Source of the DNA: Candidatus Iainarchaeum sp.
GTDB taxonomy: Archaea; Iainarchaeota; Iainarchaeia; Iainarchaeales; UBA10191
Direction: 5' to 3'
DNA: 64,000 bases
NCBI GenBank assembly: GCA_030649735.1
Contig: JAUSFL010000035.1
Location: 1-64,000, forward strand
The notes below the pieces were generated by a model. The model worked only from the letters and a program-made list of their open reading frames with translations, searched no databases and was not told the DNA's origin. Made by a program: the position numbers and the translations under genes. Positions 27,604 to 37,622 of this stretch are shown piece by piece; within the stretch, counting starts at the first letter, position 1, and each line of letters opens with the position of its first letter.

Positions 27604-28695
27604 TTAATACTTTTTCTTTCTGGCTGCGGCATATTTTCTTTCAAGGATTTCCAGCACGTTTTGCCTGAATTTTTGCAAGTCTTGCGCGCGGATTTTCCCG
27701 CCAGCTGCAGGAGCATGGCCCCCGGCTGTTCCGCCATTCAAGTTTTTCACTGCTTCTTCCAAAAGGTCATTGACTGCGACTTTCCTGTCCTGCCTTCTTG
27801 AAGAAAAGCTTATTCCATTGTCTGCGTTTTGAGCAATTATCAAAGTCGTGTTTTTTGCCTTGTCCGAAATCCGGTTTATCAAGGCAGAGGCTGAAGTGTG
27901 GTTTTCTTCCGAAAAGTAAAAGCAGTACTCTAGCCCTGGAAAGCATTCGGCGTTTTTCCAGAACGCCTTTTCGCCCTTGTCCAGTATTTTCTCATACTTT
28001 TTGTTGTACTTAAAAAACGCGTTCAAGGCTGTTTTTGGCTCTGTTGAAAGCAGGTTGTTGAAGCAGTCAGGAATTCTTGGAAAATCCAGTATTCTAACAG
28101 CAGTCAGTGTCTCGTTCAATTGCTCAAGTTTTGCCTTTGAAGGATTATGATTCAAGTGCGCTTCCAGAAAGTCAGGCCAATCTTTCTCTGCCTTGTCTCC
28201 AAACAAGCCCACGATTGCAATCCATTCGCTTCCTTTCAAACTCGCATGCCTTGAAAACAAGTCAAAGCACAATTTTGCAGAACAGTAAGAGCTTGATTCT
28301 TTTTTTGAAAAAAACTGCGGCTTTACCAAAACACTGCCTTTTGGAAGCTTTCCGTAAACCTTGTGGTGGTCAATGTTCAGTATTTTCGCGAATTTTGCAA
28401 TCTTTTTCGCAAAAAGCAGGCGGCTTTCCTGGTCTAAAGAAATGTCAGTGCAAATGAACTTGTTGATTTTCTTTTTCTTTAATTCTTTTACTGTCTCTTC
28501 GCTTATTGGAGCGCTTCTTTTCGGGGCAAAAAGCACTAGTTCGGGAAATTTTCCAGTAATTTGGTACAATGCCTTGAAGACAAGCACGCCGGCAGTAATT
28601 CCGTCAGTGTCATTGTCTGTCAAAATTCCCACGCGGTCTTTTGATGAAAGGCTTTTTACGTAATTGTCGAATTCTTGAAGAATTTTTGCGGGCAT
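27604..28695 (-). CDS. DHH/DHHA1 phosphoesterase (RecJ-like)
   Basis: DTDG, TD, IDHH, GGH..AAG. Confidence 0.88.
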   Translation of the reverse strand: MPAKILQEFDNYVKSLSSKDRVGILTDNDTDGITAGVLVFKALYQITGKFPELVLFAPKRSAPISEETVKELKKKKINKFICTDISLDQESRLLFAKKIAKFAKILNIDHHKVYGKLPKGSVLVKPQFFSKKESSSYCSAKLCFDLFSRHASLKGSEWIAIVGLFGDKAEKDWPDFLEAHLNHNPSKAKLEQLNETLTAVRILDFPRIPDCFNNLLSTEPKTALNAFFKYNKKYEKILDKGEKAFWKNAECFPGLEYCFYFSEENHTSASALINRISDKAKNTTLIIAQNADNGISFSSRRQDRKVAVNDLLEEAVKNLNGGTAGGHAPAAGGKIRAQDLQKFRQNVLEILERKYAAARKKKY

Positions 28696-28759
28696 TGCTT
28701 GTTTGAAAGACCAAAAAGATTAAAATAACAAAACACTTAATCTTAGAAGGTGTTTTGGA

Positions 28760-29719
28760 ATGAAGTTGAAGGAAATCCATGAATTCTTTGTCAGTGAAGG
28801 AAAAAAGGCAGACCCGCGCGGCCTTGAAGCCATTGAAAAGCTTTTGAAAAAGCGCGCTGACGCTTTCAAGGAATTAAAGGAAGACGAGAAGGAAGAATTT
28901 GACAAAGAAGCATTGTGGAATCCTTACGCCGACTGCCGCATTTACCACGGGGCTGGAACTGAAGAAATCTCTTCAATAATGGTCGGCATTGACATGGAAG
29001 GCCAGGAACTCTTGCTTGCAAACGAGCTCAAAAAAAACGGCAAAAAAATAGACCTTGTCTTGGCGCATCATCCTGAAGGAAAAGCCCTTGCAGGATTGTA
29101 TGCAGTAATGGACTTGCAGGAAGACATTTTGCACAATTATGGAGTTCCAATAAACGTTGCCGAAGGCCTAATGGGTGAAAGAATCCGTGAAGTGGAAAGA
29201 GGCCTTTCGCCAATAAACCACAATCGTTCTGTGGATTTTGCGCGCTTGCTTAACATTCCATTCATGAACACTCACACGACTGCCGACAATCATGTTCAAA
29301 AATTCCTTTTGGAACTGGTTGAGGAAAAAAAGCCGGAAACCTTGCGCGACTTGCTGAAGCTTTTGAAAACGCTTCCAGAATACAAGAGCGCGATAAAAAT
29401 TGACGCCGGCCCAAAGATTTTTGCTGGCACTCCTGACAACCGCTGCGGAAAAATAGTCGTTGACATGACTGGCGGAACAGAAGGCCATGAAAAAAACTAT
29501 GAGGCCTTGGGAAAAGCCGGCGTTGGCACAATTCTTGCAATGCATGTCGGAAAGGAAATGCGCAAAAGCGCCGAGGAAAACAAGGTAAACCTTGTTGTTG
29601 CAGGCCACATTGCCTCTGACAATTTGGGAGTGAACTTGCTTTTGGACAAGCTTGAAAAAAAGCAAAAGCTAGATGTCACTGAATGCTCCGGATTTTTGAG
29701 AGTGAAAAGGAACAAATGA
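28760..29719 (+). CDS. NIF3-like metal-binding protein
   Basis: NPYAD, GID, AHHPEG, HTTADN, MH, GHIASD. Confidence 0.85.
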   Translation: MKLKEIHEFFVSEGKKADPRGLEAIEKLLKKRADAFKELKEDEKEEFDKEALWNPYADCRIYHGAGTEEISSIMVGIDMEGQELLLANELKKNGKKIDLVLAHHPEGKALAGLYAVMDLQEDILHNYGVPINVAEGLMGERIREVERGLSPINHNRSVDFARLLNIPFMNTHTTADNHVQKFLLELVEEKKPETLRDLLKLLKTLPEYKSAIKIDAGPKIFAGTPDNRCGKIVVDMTGGTEGHEKNYEALGKAGVGTILAMHVGKEMRKSAEENKVNLVVAGHIASDNLGVNLLLDKLEKKQKLDVTECSGFLRVKRNK

Positions 29720-30792
29720 CTTCTTTAGAGTTTAAAGCGCGCATTGACAGTTTTTTCAAGGAATCCAAGGCCGACAGCCTATTGCTTAGGAGCTTTCCCC
29801 GCTTTAGCGACCCAAACTTTCAATATTTTGCGGGAATGCAAAAAAGCGATTGCTTCTTTTGCGCTAAGAAAGGCAAAAAGCCTGTTTTGCTTGCAAACAA
29901 TCTGGAGTTTGGAAACATTTCCCAGCTTGCCGAATTTGACGTGCGTTCTTTCAATTCAGAAAAAGAATTGGTTGCACAGCTCAAGAAAAGCCTTGGAAAG
30001 AAAATTGCGCTGAATTTTGCGAATTATCCAGTAAAAAACTACCAAAGCCTGCAAAAAATCCTTAAGGGAAGAAAGTTTTCTGACGCTTTCGAAAGCCTTG
30101 CAAGAATCCGCTCTAAAAAATCTTCGCTTGAACTTTCAAAAATAAGGGAAGCATGCAAGGTTTCTGAAATGGCCGCTGATTATTTGGAAAACTTTTTCAG
30201 GCAAGGCATGACTGAATTGGAAGTTTCTGAAAAGCTCAAGGAATTCTTTAAAAGAATGAGCTGCCAAAGCGCTTTTGAGCCAATTGTAGCATTTGGGGAA
30301 AACTCGCGCGTTCCGCACCACGAGTGCTCGCGCAAGAGAATTGAAGGAAACAGTTTTTTGCTTTTGGATTTTGGGGCAAAATTTGAAGGTTATTGCTCTG
30401 ACATTTCAAGGACTTTTTTTGTAGGCAAGCCATCGCTTGACCAGCGCGACAAATACTACAGTGTTTTTGAAGCCAAAAAAATTGCTGAAAAGCACTTGAT
30501 TGTCGGAGAAAGCGCCGCAAAAATTGCAGTCGAAGTCGACGGTTTTTTGAAAAAGCGCTTGGGGCAGGAATTGCCGCACGCTTTAGGCCATGGAATTGGG
30601 CTTGAAGAGCATGATTCTCCTTCAGGATTCTCAAAATTCGCGAAATGGAAGATTGAGGAAGGCCAATGCTTGGCAATCGAGCCTGCGTTTTACGGCAAAG
30701 AATTCGGAATCCGCATAGAAGACAATTGCTACATTGGAGCGCAAGGCGCAAAAATGCTTACCGCAGCCCCAAAAGAGCTTTTAATTCTTTGA
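29716..30792 (+). CDS. pepP: Xaa-Pro aminopeptidase (M24)
   Basis: PHH, DFGA, YCSDISRT, HALGHGIG..HD, IEP, RIED. Confidence 0.92.
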   Translation: MTSLEFKARIDSFFKESKADSLLLRSFPRFSDPNFQYFAGMQKSDCFFCAKKGKKPVLLANNLEFGNISQLAEFDVRSFNSEKELVAQLKKSLGKKIALNFANYPVKNYQSLQKILKGRKFSDAFESLARIRSKKSSLELSKIREACKVSEMAADYLENFFRQGMTELEVSEKLKEFFKRMSCQSAFEPIVAFGENSRVPHHECSRKRIEGNSFLLLDFGAKFEGYCSDISRTFFVGKPSLDQRDKYYSVFEAKKIAEKHLIVGESAAKIAVEVDGFLKKRLGQELPHALGHGIGLEEHDSPSGFSKFAKWKIEEGQCLAIEPAFYGKEFGIRIEDNCYIGAQGAKMLTAAPKELLIL

Positions 30793-31032
30793 AGATTTCT
30801 TCTTTTCAGCCAGGCTCCAGACCAGGTAAACAATTATTGCGCCAGCAAGCCCCGCAGCCAATGGCACTGGGTCAGCCATGTGTGCATAGAATACTGGGTA
30901 ATATCCGCAAATGGAGTCAGTGTTTGGACTACAATTTAGTTTGGTGATAACTCTTGATGAAAGAAAAGTGTCTACTATAAAGAAAGCAATTACTGAAAAC
31001 AGCACTTTTAACTTTGAAGGTTTGAAATTCAC
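30781..31032 (-). CDS. Small membrane protein
   Basis: Two TM segments with a Cys pair in the loop. Confidence 0.55.
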   Translation of the reverse strand: MNFKPSKLKVLFSVIAFFIVDTFLSSRVITKLNCSPNTDSICGYYPVFYAHMADPVPLAAGLAGAIIVYLVWSLAEKKKSSKN

Positions 31033-31073
31033 AAAATAATCAAGAGTTTTTCATTAATAAAGATTTGCATCTG

Positions 31074-31898
31074 CTAAATGCTGGCCAGTTGCTGCCTTAC
31101 TTTCTCCTCGTCTTCAGGATTCGTGATTCCAAACCATTGGTCTTCAGTGTTCAAAAGCTTTAATTCCAATTCTCCATTCTTGATTAAGTTTCCCAATTCC
31201 ACTGGCAAAAGGCATTCAATCTTCCTGTCTCCGGCATTCTTTTGCCTGAATCCCAAAAGCCGTTTTTCCAAAAGCCCTAAAGTTTGCGGAGTCAAGCCAA
31301 ACAAGTTCATGCTGCAAGGCGAATTCCCGTTCAAGCTTAGTTGATGAATGTTTTCTTTTCCAACCCCAATCATTTCTTGGATTTCAGTGATTTCGCTATT
31401 CTTTCCAAGCTTGAAAATTCCCCTATTGGCTAGGCCGGTTTCAGGCAGCACTTTTCCCAACTTGTAGCCTATTGCAATTCCTTCATTTGCCTTCAAATCC
31501 TGCAATGCCTTTGCTACTGTTTTGAAAGCATTTTTGCCGTAAATGTCGTCTCCATTGCAGACCGCAAAATTCTCCTTCACAATTTCTTTAACGCTAACTA
31601 ATGCATCAACAGTTCCCCAAGGCTTGTCTCTTTCTTCAGGATCAAAGCTTTGCAATGCATATTCTATTGGAATTCCCTTGAAAGAATTTCCGAACTTTTT
31701 CTTGAATGGCTGTTCTGTCATTCTTCCAACAATGAAAACAATTTTTCCAAAGCCGGCCTTTAACGCCTGATTTATTGAAAACTCAATTAGAGTTTCCCCT
31801 TCAGGGCCCACGCGCGCGAATTGCTTGATTTTTCCGCCAAAACGGCTTGACAAGCCGGCAACCATGAAAACTACCGCGATTTCTTTCTTTTTTTGCAT
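31074..31898 (-). CDS. Sugar-phosphate nucleotidyltransferase family protein
   Basis: AGLSSRFGG.IKQ, KPWGT, NGDDIYG, WFGIT. Confidence 0.87.
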   Translation of the reverse strand: MQKKKEIAVVFMVAGLSSRFGGKIKQFARVGPEGETLIEFSINQALKAGFGKIVFIVGRMTEQPFKKKFGNSFKGIPIEYALQSFDPEERDKPWGTVDALVSVKEIVKENFAVCNGDDIYGKNAFKTVAKALQDLKANEGIAIGYKLGKVLPETGLANRGIFKLGKNSEITEIQEMIGVGKENIHQLSLNGNSPCSMNLFGLTPQTLGLLEKRLLGFRQKNAGDRKIECLLPVELGNLIKNGELELKLLNTEDQWFGITNPEDEEKVRQQLASI

Positions 31899-32019
31899 CC
31901 TATATCCAATTTAGCGAGTTTTAAAAAGCGCTTTTTGATTCAAAATTGAGAATTTGAAAAGAATCCAGCGGAATAATGCCCTGGTTTGTGTTTTAATTCA
32001 TTCTTTCAATAAAGCAATA

Positions 32020-33948
32020 ATGACCGTGGATTATTCTGGCTTTTTTCCTTATTCTGAATTCAAGCCTTACCAGCGCGAAGTCTTGGACTTTACTGGTCAC
32101 GTGGTTTCAAACAGCCAGATTGGATTGATTGAAGCTTACTGCGGCTTTGGAAAGACAATTTCAACTTTTGCGCCAGCGCTCGCGCTTGGAAAAAAGATTT
32201 TGCTTTTGACTCCGACTTATTCTGCAAGGAATGCGGCAGTTGCTGAAGTATTGCGCATGAACAAGGTTAATGGAAAAGAATTGGTTGTTGCAGACTTGCG
32301 GGGCAAGGCAGTCATGTGCGCGCGCTTTCAAAAAGACTCTTTCTCCCACGAGGCCTGCGAACGTTCAAAAAACGACCAGACCTGCTCTTACTTCAGGAAA
32401 ACTTTCTCAAAGCCTAAAGAGCTTTCAAAAAACGCGTTTTCCTTCAATCAAGAGCTTGTTGAAAGAATGCTTTCAAAGCCAGAGATTTTCTTTAATGGAA
32501 AATCAACTGATTCAGAGCCCTTGCTTTTTGAAAAAGTGCAAAAAGTCGCCGGCAAGAGAATGCTTTGCTCTTACGAGTTGGTGAAAAACCTTGTGAGCGA
32601 GGCAGACGTTGTGATTTTGGATTATTTTTGGGTTTTTACGGGAATTTTTTCGATACTGGCAAAACTAATCGGAACTGAAGACTTTGTGCTTTTGATTGAT
32701 GAGGCAGATTTGCTGGTTGACAGGATTTACAACAACTATCACACGCAGTTAAGCCTTCAGGCATTGAAAATCCTTCACTCGCAGGCAAAGCACGGCTTGA
32801 AAGCCGGAATTCTGATGGAAACCGACATTTTGTTTTTGGAAGAATTCATTCGCTATTCAGAACAGTACATTACAAACTCGCGAAGCGAGCTAGAGCTTTC
32901 ACCCAATGAAATAATCTCTTTTTTTGAAACGCGCTTTAAGGAAACCGCAAAAAGGCAGGGCTTGAAGGGAGAAATTTCCCTCGCGCAAATTACTAAAAAC
33001 CTTGAAACAATAATTGAATCATTGAAGGGATTGGCAGAGTCTGAAAAAGCCACTGCCCGGCCTGATTTGTTCCTAAAACAGCTTGAAGCAATAAAGGATT
33101 CTGGCGAGTTTTTGGCTTTCATTCCTTCAGCAAAAGACAAGATTGTGATAAAGCCTTTTGAAATCAACGCAATCACTTTAACGAATGGAAAAACATTGAA
33201 GGACACTTTGCTTGAATTCCAAAGCGTTATCTTGTTTTCTGCAACAATTGGCGATCCAGACCTTTTCCTTAAAGAATTCGGCCTGAAAAGAACTGAAGTG
33301 AATATCTTACGCATTAAGGAAATGCCGCACAAAAAACTCTTGTTTGTAGTAGACACTGAATTGAACACTTTGTACACTTCACGCGAGCAAAGCTTTCCAG
33401 CATACTTGGAAAAAATCAGGATGCTGATGAAAATTGACAATTCATTGCTTGTCAGCTTTTGCAACCAAACAGAGCTTGAAAAAGCCCTTGCTGAAATTCC
33501 AGAACTGCAGGACGCCTCAAAACTTTCAGTCCTCGATCCTGAAAAATCCTATGCATTGAACATTCGCACAAGAAGCGCCCGTTCCACAAACAAAGCCCGC
33601 CATTTGAGGAATTGCCTGATTGTTGGGCTTCCGCTTCCAGACTATTCTGACTTTTACCTCCAAAAGCGCAAGGATTACCTTGAAAAAAAGTACAGTAAAC
33701 TCGAGGCTGGAAAAATAATCAATGGAAAAGCAGTTGACAATGCAGTGCAATTCATTGGAAGAATCACAAGGGACTTGAAAAGCCCGCGGGCGATAATCCT
33801 TGCAGACTCGCGCTATTACTCAGACTATTTCCTAAAGCATTATTACTTTCAGTCCTTGCCTGCGTACTTTAAGCCTTTCCTGCGAATTGCAGCATACAAT
33901 TCAGACTTGAAGCAAATGCTTGAAGAATTCTGGGAAAAGCCTGCTTGA
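32020..33948 (+). CDS. XPD/Rad3/DinG-family Fe-S helicase (divergent)
   Basis: Q motif, CGFGKT, four Cys, IDEAD, FSAT, QFIGRITR. Confidence 0.82.
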   Translation: MTVDYSGFFPYSEFKPYQREVLDFTGHVVSNSQIGLIEAYCGFGKTISTFAPALALGKKILLLTPTYSARNAAVAEVLRMNKVNGKELVVADLRGKAVMCARFQKDSFSHEACERSKNDQTCSYFRKTFSKPKELSKNAFSFNQELVERMLSKPEIFFNGKSTDSEPLLFEKVQKVAGKRMLCSYELVKNLVSEADVVILDYFWVFTGIFSILAKLIGTEDFVLLIDEADLLVDRIYNNYHTQLSLQALKILHSQAKHGLKAGILMETDILFLEEFIRYSEQYITNSRSELELSPNEIISFFETRFKETAKRQGLKGEISLAQITKNLETIIESLKGLAESEKATARPDLFLKQLEAIKDSGEFLAFIPSAKDKIVIKPFEINAITLTNGKTLKDTLLEFQSVILFSATIGDPDLFLKEFGLKRTEVNILRIKEMPHKKLLFVVDTELNTLYTSREQSFPAYLEKIRMLMKIDNSLLVSFCNQTELEKALAEIPELQDASKLSVLDPEKSYALNIRTRSARSTNKARHLRNCLIVGLPLPDYSDFYLQKRKDYLEKKYSKLEAGKIINGKAVDNAVQFIGRITRDLKSPRAIILADSRYYSDYFLKHYYFQSLPAYFKPFLRIAAYNSDLKQMLEEFWEKPA

Positions 33949-33989
33949 AGGATTTTTATACTGTTTTTTTCCCAAACTCTAGGTTGGGT

Positions 33990-34730
33990 ATGGACTTAAC
34001 TATTGCAAAGCAGGTTTTGGACAATGCTTTCAGGCAAAAGCAATTGTGCATGGTTATTGGAAACTGCAAGGCAGAATACTGGGGTAGAGCGGCTTCAAAG
34101 CTTTCTGAAGGCGACAGGATGCTTTTGATTAAAGGAGACGGTTCTTTTGCAATTCACCAGAACAAGCTCTTGCGGCCAGTGAATTATATGATGAGCGCTT
34201 CAATGAAGACTTCGCAAGAAAATGGCCAGCTTGTTGTGCTTGCTGAAAAGCTTAAGCCGAAAGAAAGCCTGAAGGTTTTTTTCAGCAGCATTGACTTTTG
34301 CCAGTGCTTTGAAATGCACGACATTCACGACGTGCGATTGTTTGGAAGCGAAAAGCAATTGCAAGAGCTTTTGGGAGATGACCTTTCATTCATTGAGCCC
34401 GGCCTTACGCCACTCAAAAGAGAAGCGCATTTTGAGCAGGGCTTTGCAGACATTATTGCAGAAGACAGCAAAGGCAGGATTTGCCTGATTGAAGTGAAAC
34501 GCCGCAAGGCATCGCTTGATGCTGTCTCACAATTGCACCGTTACCAGCAAAAAATGAAAAATTTGAAGAACAAGGAAGTGCGTGCCTTGTTGCTTGCGCC
34601 TGAAATTACTGAGAACGCAAAGCTTTTGGCGGACAATTATGGGATTGAATTCTTCAAACTGGATTTTGAAATCTCCAATCCTTCCGCAAAAATAAAAGGC
34701 ATTGAAAAAAAGCAAACAACGCTTGTTTGA
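33990..34730 (+). CDS. nucS: Endonuclease NucS/EndoMS
   Basis: YWGRA, IKGDGS..IH, PVNY, SE..LQ, ADI..IEVKR, QL.RY. Confidence 0.93.
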   Translation: MDLTIAKQVLDNAFRQKQLCMVIGNCKAEYWGRAASKLSEGDRMLLIKGDGSFAIHQNKLLRPVNYMMSASMKTSQENGQLVVLAEKLKPKESLKVFFSSIDFCQCFEMHDIHDVRLFGSEKQLQELLGDDLSFIEPGLTPLKREAHFEQGFADIIAEDSKGRICLIEVKRRKASLDAVSQLHRYQQKMKNLKNKEVRALLLAPEITENAKLLADNYGIEFFKLDFEISNPSAKIKGIEKKQTTLV

Positions 34731-34737
34731 GTCAGAA

Positions 34738-35115
34738 TCAGCTTGCTGTCAATTGCCTTACTTTTTTCAGAATTTCTTTTGCAGTGAATGGCTTTGCAAT
34801 GTAATGGCCGTCCAGTTCCTTGCAGTATGCCTTGTCTTTTTCCTTGCAATGACTTTCCTTGTTTGTGAAAAGCACTGCCTTTATTTTCTCGAGCTTTGGG
34901 TCCTTGTGCATTTCGTAAAGAGTTCTCCAGCCAGACATTACTGGCATTGCGGCATCCAGAATAATCAGTTTCGGCTTCAATCCGTCATGCAATTTTTGCA
35001 GGCATTCAAGCCCATTGCTTGCTTCAACAACTTTAAAATCTCCTTTTTCCAAGGCTGCCTTCACTGCCTGCTTTACTTTGGAATCGTCGTCAACAATCAG
35101 GATTGTCTTTTTCAT
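34738..35115 (-). CDS. Stand-alone response regulator receiver (CheY-like)
   Basis: ILIVDDD, ILDAAMP, T, KPF. Confidence 0.88.
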   Translation of the reverse strand: MKKTILIVDDDSKVKQAVKAALEKGDFKVVEASNGLECLQKLHDGLKPKLIILDAAMPVMSGWRTLYEMHKDPKLEKIKAVLFTNKESHCKEKDKAYCKELDGHYIAKPFTAKEILKKVRQLTAS

Positions 35116-35214
35116 AAAACTCTAAAGAATTAGAATTTTTAAAGTTTAAAAAGTTGCTGGTTTATTCGCCAGCAAATATTTCAAAAAATGTTCTTTTTTG
35201 AAAATCTTCAAATT

Positions 35215-36498
35215 TTAATTCGAAAACTTTTCCAAAAGCTTTTTTCCAGCGTAAACCGCTTTCTTGCCAAGTTCTTCCTCAATGCGCAAGAGCTGGTTGT
35301 ATTTTGAGGTTCTTTCAGAACGGCAAGGAGCCCCGCTTTTTAACTGCCCGCTGCTTGTTCCAACCGCAAAGTCTGCAATGAAAGCGTCTTCAGAGTCTCC
35401 AGACCTATGGCTCACTATCGCGTTGAATCCTGCTTCTTGCGTTATTTTGATTGCTTTTAAAGTCTCGCTCACTGTTCCAATCTGGTTTAATTTTATGAGC
35501 GTTGCATTGCATGCTGAAAGCTTTATTGCCCTTAAAATTCTTTCAGGGCTTGTCACAAGCAAGTCGTCGCCGATTATTTGCGTTGTTTTTCCCTTGCCTT
35601 TGGTCAAGGCGCAAAACCCTTGCCAGTCGTCTTCAGCCAAGCCGTCTTCAACGCTGATTAGCTTAAAGCGGTCTATAAAGTCTTCAATAACTTCGACAAA
35701 TTGGATGTTTGAGTATTCTTTTCCTTCAAAAGAGTATTTTTCGTTCTTGAAAAAGCTTGAAGCCGCGCAGTCCAGCGCAAGCCGTACTTGTTTTTCATAG
35801 CCTGTTTCCTTCAACGCAAGCTGAATGAGCTTTAAAGCATCTTCAGTACGGGAAATGTTTGGCGTAAAGCCGCCTTCATCACCGACATTGATTGCTGTTT
35901 TGCCGAATTTGTCCTTTATGATTTGCTTTAATGTCTGGTAGACTTCAACATTCATTTGCAATGCTTCAGTAAAGCTTGCAGCTCCGACTGGAGCAATCAT
36001 GAATTCTTGGACTGCCAATCCATTGCCTGCGTGCTGTCCGCCATTGATTACATTCATTAAAGGGACCGGCAAAAGCAATTCCTTGTTTTCTGAAAGCTTT
36101 CCCACATACTCGAATGCCGGAAGCCCTGCATTCAATGCCGCTGCCTTGCAGGCCGCAATGCTCACGGATAATATTGCGTTTGCTCCCAAGCGCGACTTGT
36201 TGGTTGTGTTGTCAAGTTCAATCATTATTTTGTCAATCAATTCCTGCTTTGAGCAGTCCTGGCCTTTAAGCTTTGGCGCAATTATTTCATTAACGTTATT
36301 CACTGCGTCCTTGACGCCTTTTCCCAAGAATGCCTTTCCGCCATCCCGCAATTCCATTGCCTCATGGACTCCAGTTGAAGCGCCTGAAGGCACTATTGCA
36401 ATTCCAGTTCCGGCCTGTGTTTCAACTTCGGCTTCAACTGTCGGGTTGCCTCTAGAGTCTAAAACCATTCTAGCCTTAACATTCAATATTTTTGCCAT
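35215..36498 (-). CDS. eno: Enolase
   Basis: DSRGNPTVE, PSGASTG, GDEGG, SHRSG, RSER..KYNQL. Confidence 0.98.
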   Translation of the reverse strand: MAKILNVKARMVLDSRGNPTVEAEVETQAGTGIAIVPSGASTGVHEAMELRDGGKAFLGKGVKDAVNNVNEIIAPKLKGQDCSKQELIDKIMIELDNTTNKSRLGANAILSVSIAACKAAALNAGLPAFEYVGKLSENKELLLPVPLMNVINGGQHAGNGLAVQEFMIAPVGAASFTEALQMNVEVYQTLKQIIKDKFGKTAINVGDEGGFTPNISRTEDALKLIQLALKETGYEKQVRLALDCAASSFFKNEKYSFEGKEYSNIQFVEVIEDFIDRFKLISVEDGLAEDDWQGFCALTKGKGKTTQIIGDDLLVTSPERILRAIKLSACNATLIKLNQIGTVSETLKAIKITQEAGFNAIVSHRSGDSEDAFIADFAVGTSSGQLKSGAPCRSERTSKYNQLLRIEEELGKKAVYAGKKLLEKFSN

Positions 36499-36564
36499 TT
36501 TTCACCACTTTTAGTGTAATTATAGAGAAACCAACACTCATTTAAACTTAAACTTTTCAAGCCC

Positions 36565-37266
36565 TTAAGAGCCCGCAATCCTGCTTAAAGCCCCCAGTTT
36601 AGTGCCTTCAAACAGTTTTTCCTTCATTTTGCTGAAAACAAACTTTTCAAGCAAGGCATAATCCTGCTTTGGAAACTCGCCTTTAATGAGCTTTTCAATG
36701 TCTCCCCAAGTCCGGTCAATGTAAGTCAAATTCTTGATTTCTTCATCCTTGCACTCTCCAAGGCATGAATGAGAACTCCTTATTAACGCAAAGTCTATTT
36801 TTGAAAACCTGAAAGTGTAATAGCCTTCAGTCCACAAGTCATGGCCTACAAAAACCATTTCTTCAGGCGTGTAGCCAAATTTTTCTTGAATTGCTTGAAT
36901 TGTCACTTGCTTGAAGTATTCGTCCTTGAATTCCTTGTTTTCAGTTATTTTTTGCTCATACAATTTCCTGTCAATTTCTTCCCTTCCGGCCAGGTATTCC
37001 CTGTTCACGAAAGAAATCCTGTCTTCTGGAAAAAACTCCCGCAATTTGTATTGTTCAATTCTTTTCAATGCCTCGTCTGCTGAATATCCAGTGGCTGCAA
37101 AAAACCTGAAGCGCGGGAATATTTCCTCGACTTTCTTCAAATTTTTCAGAATTCCCGAAACATTCTTCATTTTCACGTCCTTGTCAATGTTTCCCGGGAT
37201 CAGCACGTCTTCAAACCCAAAAATAAGGCATTTTTTTGCCAAATCAGAATCTTTCTTAATTTTCAT
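36565..37266 (-). CDS. HAD-like fold hypothetical protein (degenerate motif I)
   Basis: LIFGFEDVL, ATG, PEEMVFVGHD. Confidence 0.55.
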   Translation of the reverse strand: MKIKKDSDLAKKCLIFGFEDVLIPGNIDKDVKMKNVSGILKNLKKVEEIFPRFRFFAATGYSADEALKRIEQYKLREFFPEDRISFVNREYLAGREEIDRKLYEQKITENKEFKDEYFKQVTIQAIQEKFGYTPEEMVFVGHDLWTEGYYTFRFSKIDFALIRSSHSCLGECKDEEIKNLTYIDRTWGDIEKLIKGEFPKQDYALLEKFVFSKMKEKLFEGTKLGALSRIAGS

Positions 37267-37342
37267 AATTAACAGTTAAAAATTGTCGTTAAATCAATAA
37301 AAACCTTTGTTCGCCAACTGTCCAGCCAGTTGGCATCTGGGA

Positions 37343-37376
37343 ATGTGCGCTATCTTGCGATAGCGCGGTAATGCTT
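37343..37376. repeat. Palindromic repeat copy 1
   Basis: ATGTGCGCTATC-ttgc-GATAGCGCGGTAATGCTT. Confidence 0.8.
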
Positions 37377-37435
37377 AATTCAATAAAAACCTTTCCGCAC
37401 TCTACTTGTAAATAAGTTCTAGAATGAGATCTTTT

Positions 37436-37509
37436 GGGGCTGTAGTCTAGCTTGGTTAGGACCTATGCTTTGGGAGCATAAAACCACGGTTCAAATCCGT
37501 GCAGCCCCA
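37436..37509 (+). tRNA. tRNA-Pro(TGG)
   Basis: GGGGCTG/CAGCCCC acceptor stem, TATGC-TTTGGGA-GCATA anticodon arm, GGTTCAAATCC T-arm; CCA not encoded. Confidence 0.95.
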
Positions 37510-37536
37510 AACCGCCCAGCCGGTTTATGTCTGGGC

Positions 37537-37570
37537 ATGTGCGCTATCTAAAGACAGCGCGGTAATGCTT
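37537..37570. repeat. Palindromic repeat copy 2
   Basis: ATGTGCGCTATC-taaa-GACAGCGCGGTAATGCTT. Confidence 0.8.
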
Positions 37571-37590
37571 TCGATCGCGCGTGCCAAAGT

Positions 37591-37622
37591 ATGTGCGCTA
37601 TTTTTGATAGTGCGGTAATACT
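37591..37622. repeat. Palindromic repeat copy 3
   Basis: ATGTGCGCTATT-ttt-GATAGTGCGGTAATACT. Confidence 0.75.

Noticed and set aside
37510-37575. HDV-like (theta) or twister ribozyme at the tRNA 3' end
   Set aside because: I could not fit the nested double pseudoknot or the full twister consensus by eye; kept only as an unexplained structured repeat.
37580-37621. 16S rRNA fragment (CGTGCCA...GCGGTAATAC resembles the 515-533 region)
   Set aside because: The match is short, interrupted by the repeat hairpin, and has no flanking rRNA similarity.
37343-37622. Repeats as a CRISPR array
   Set aside because: Only three degenerate copies with irregular spacing, a tRNA lies between them, and there are no cas genes.
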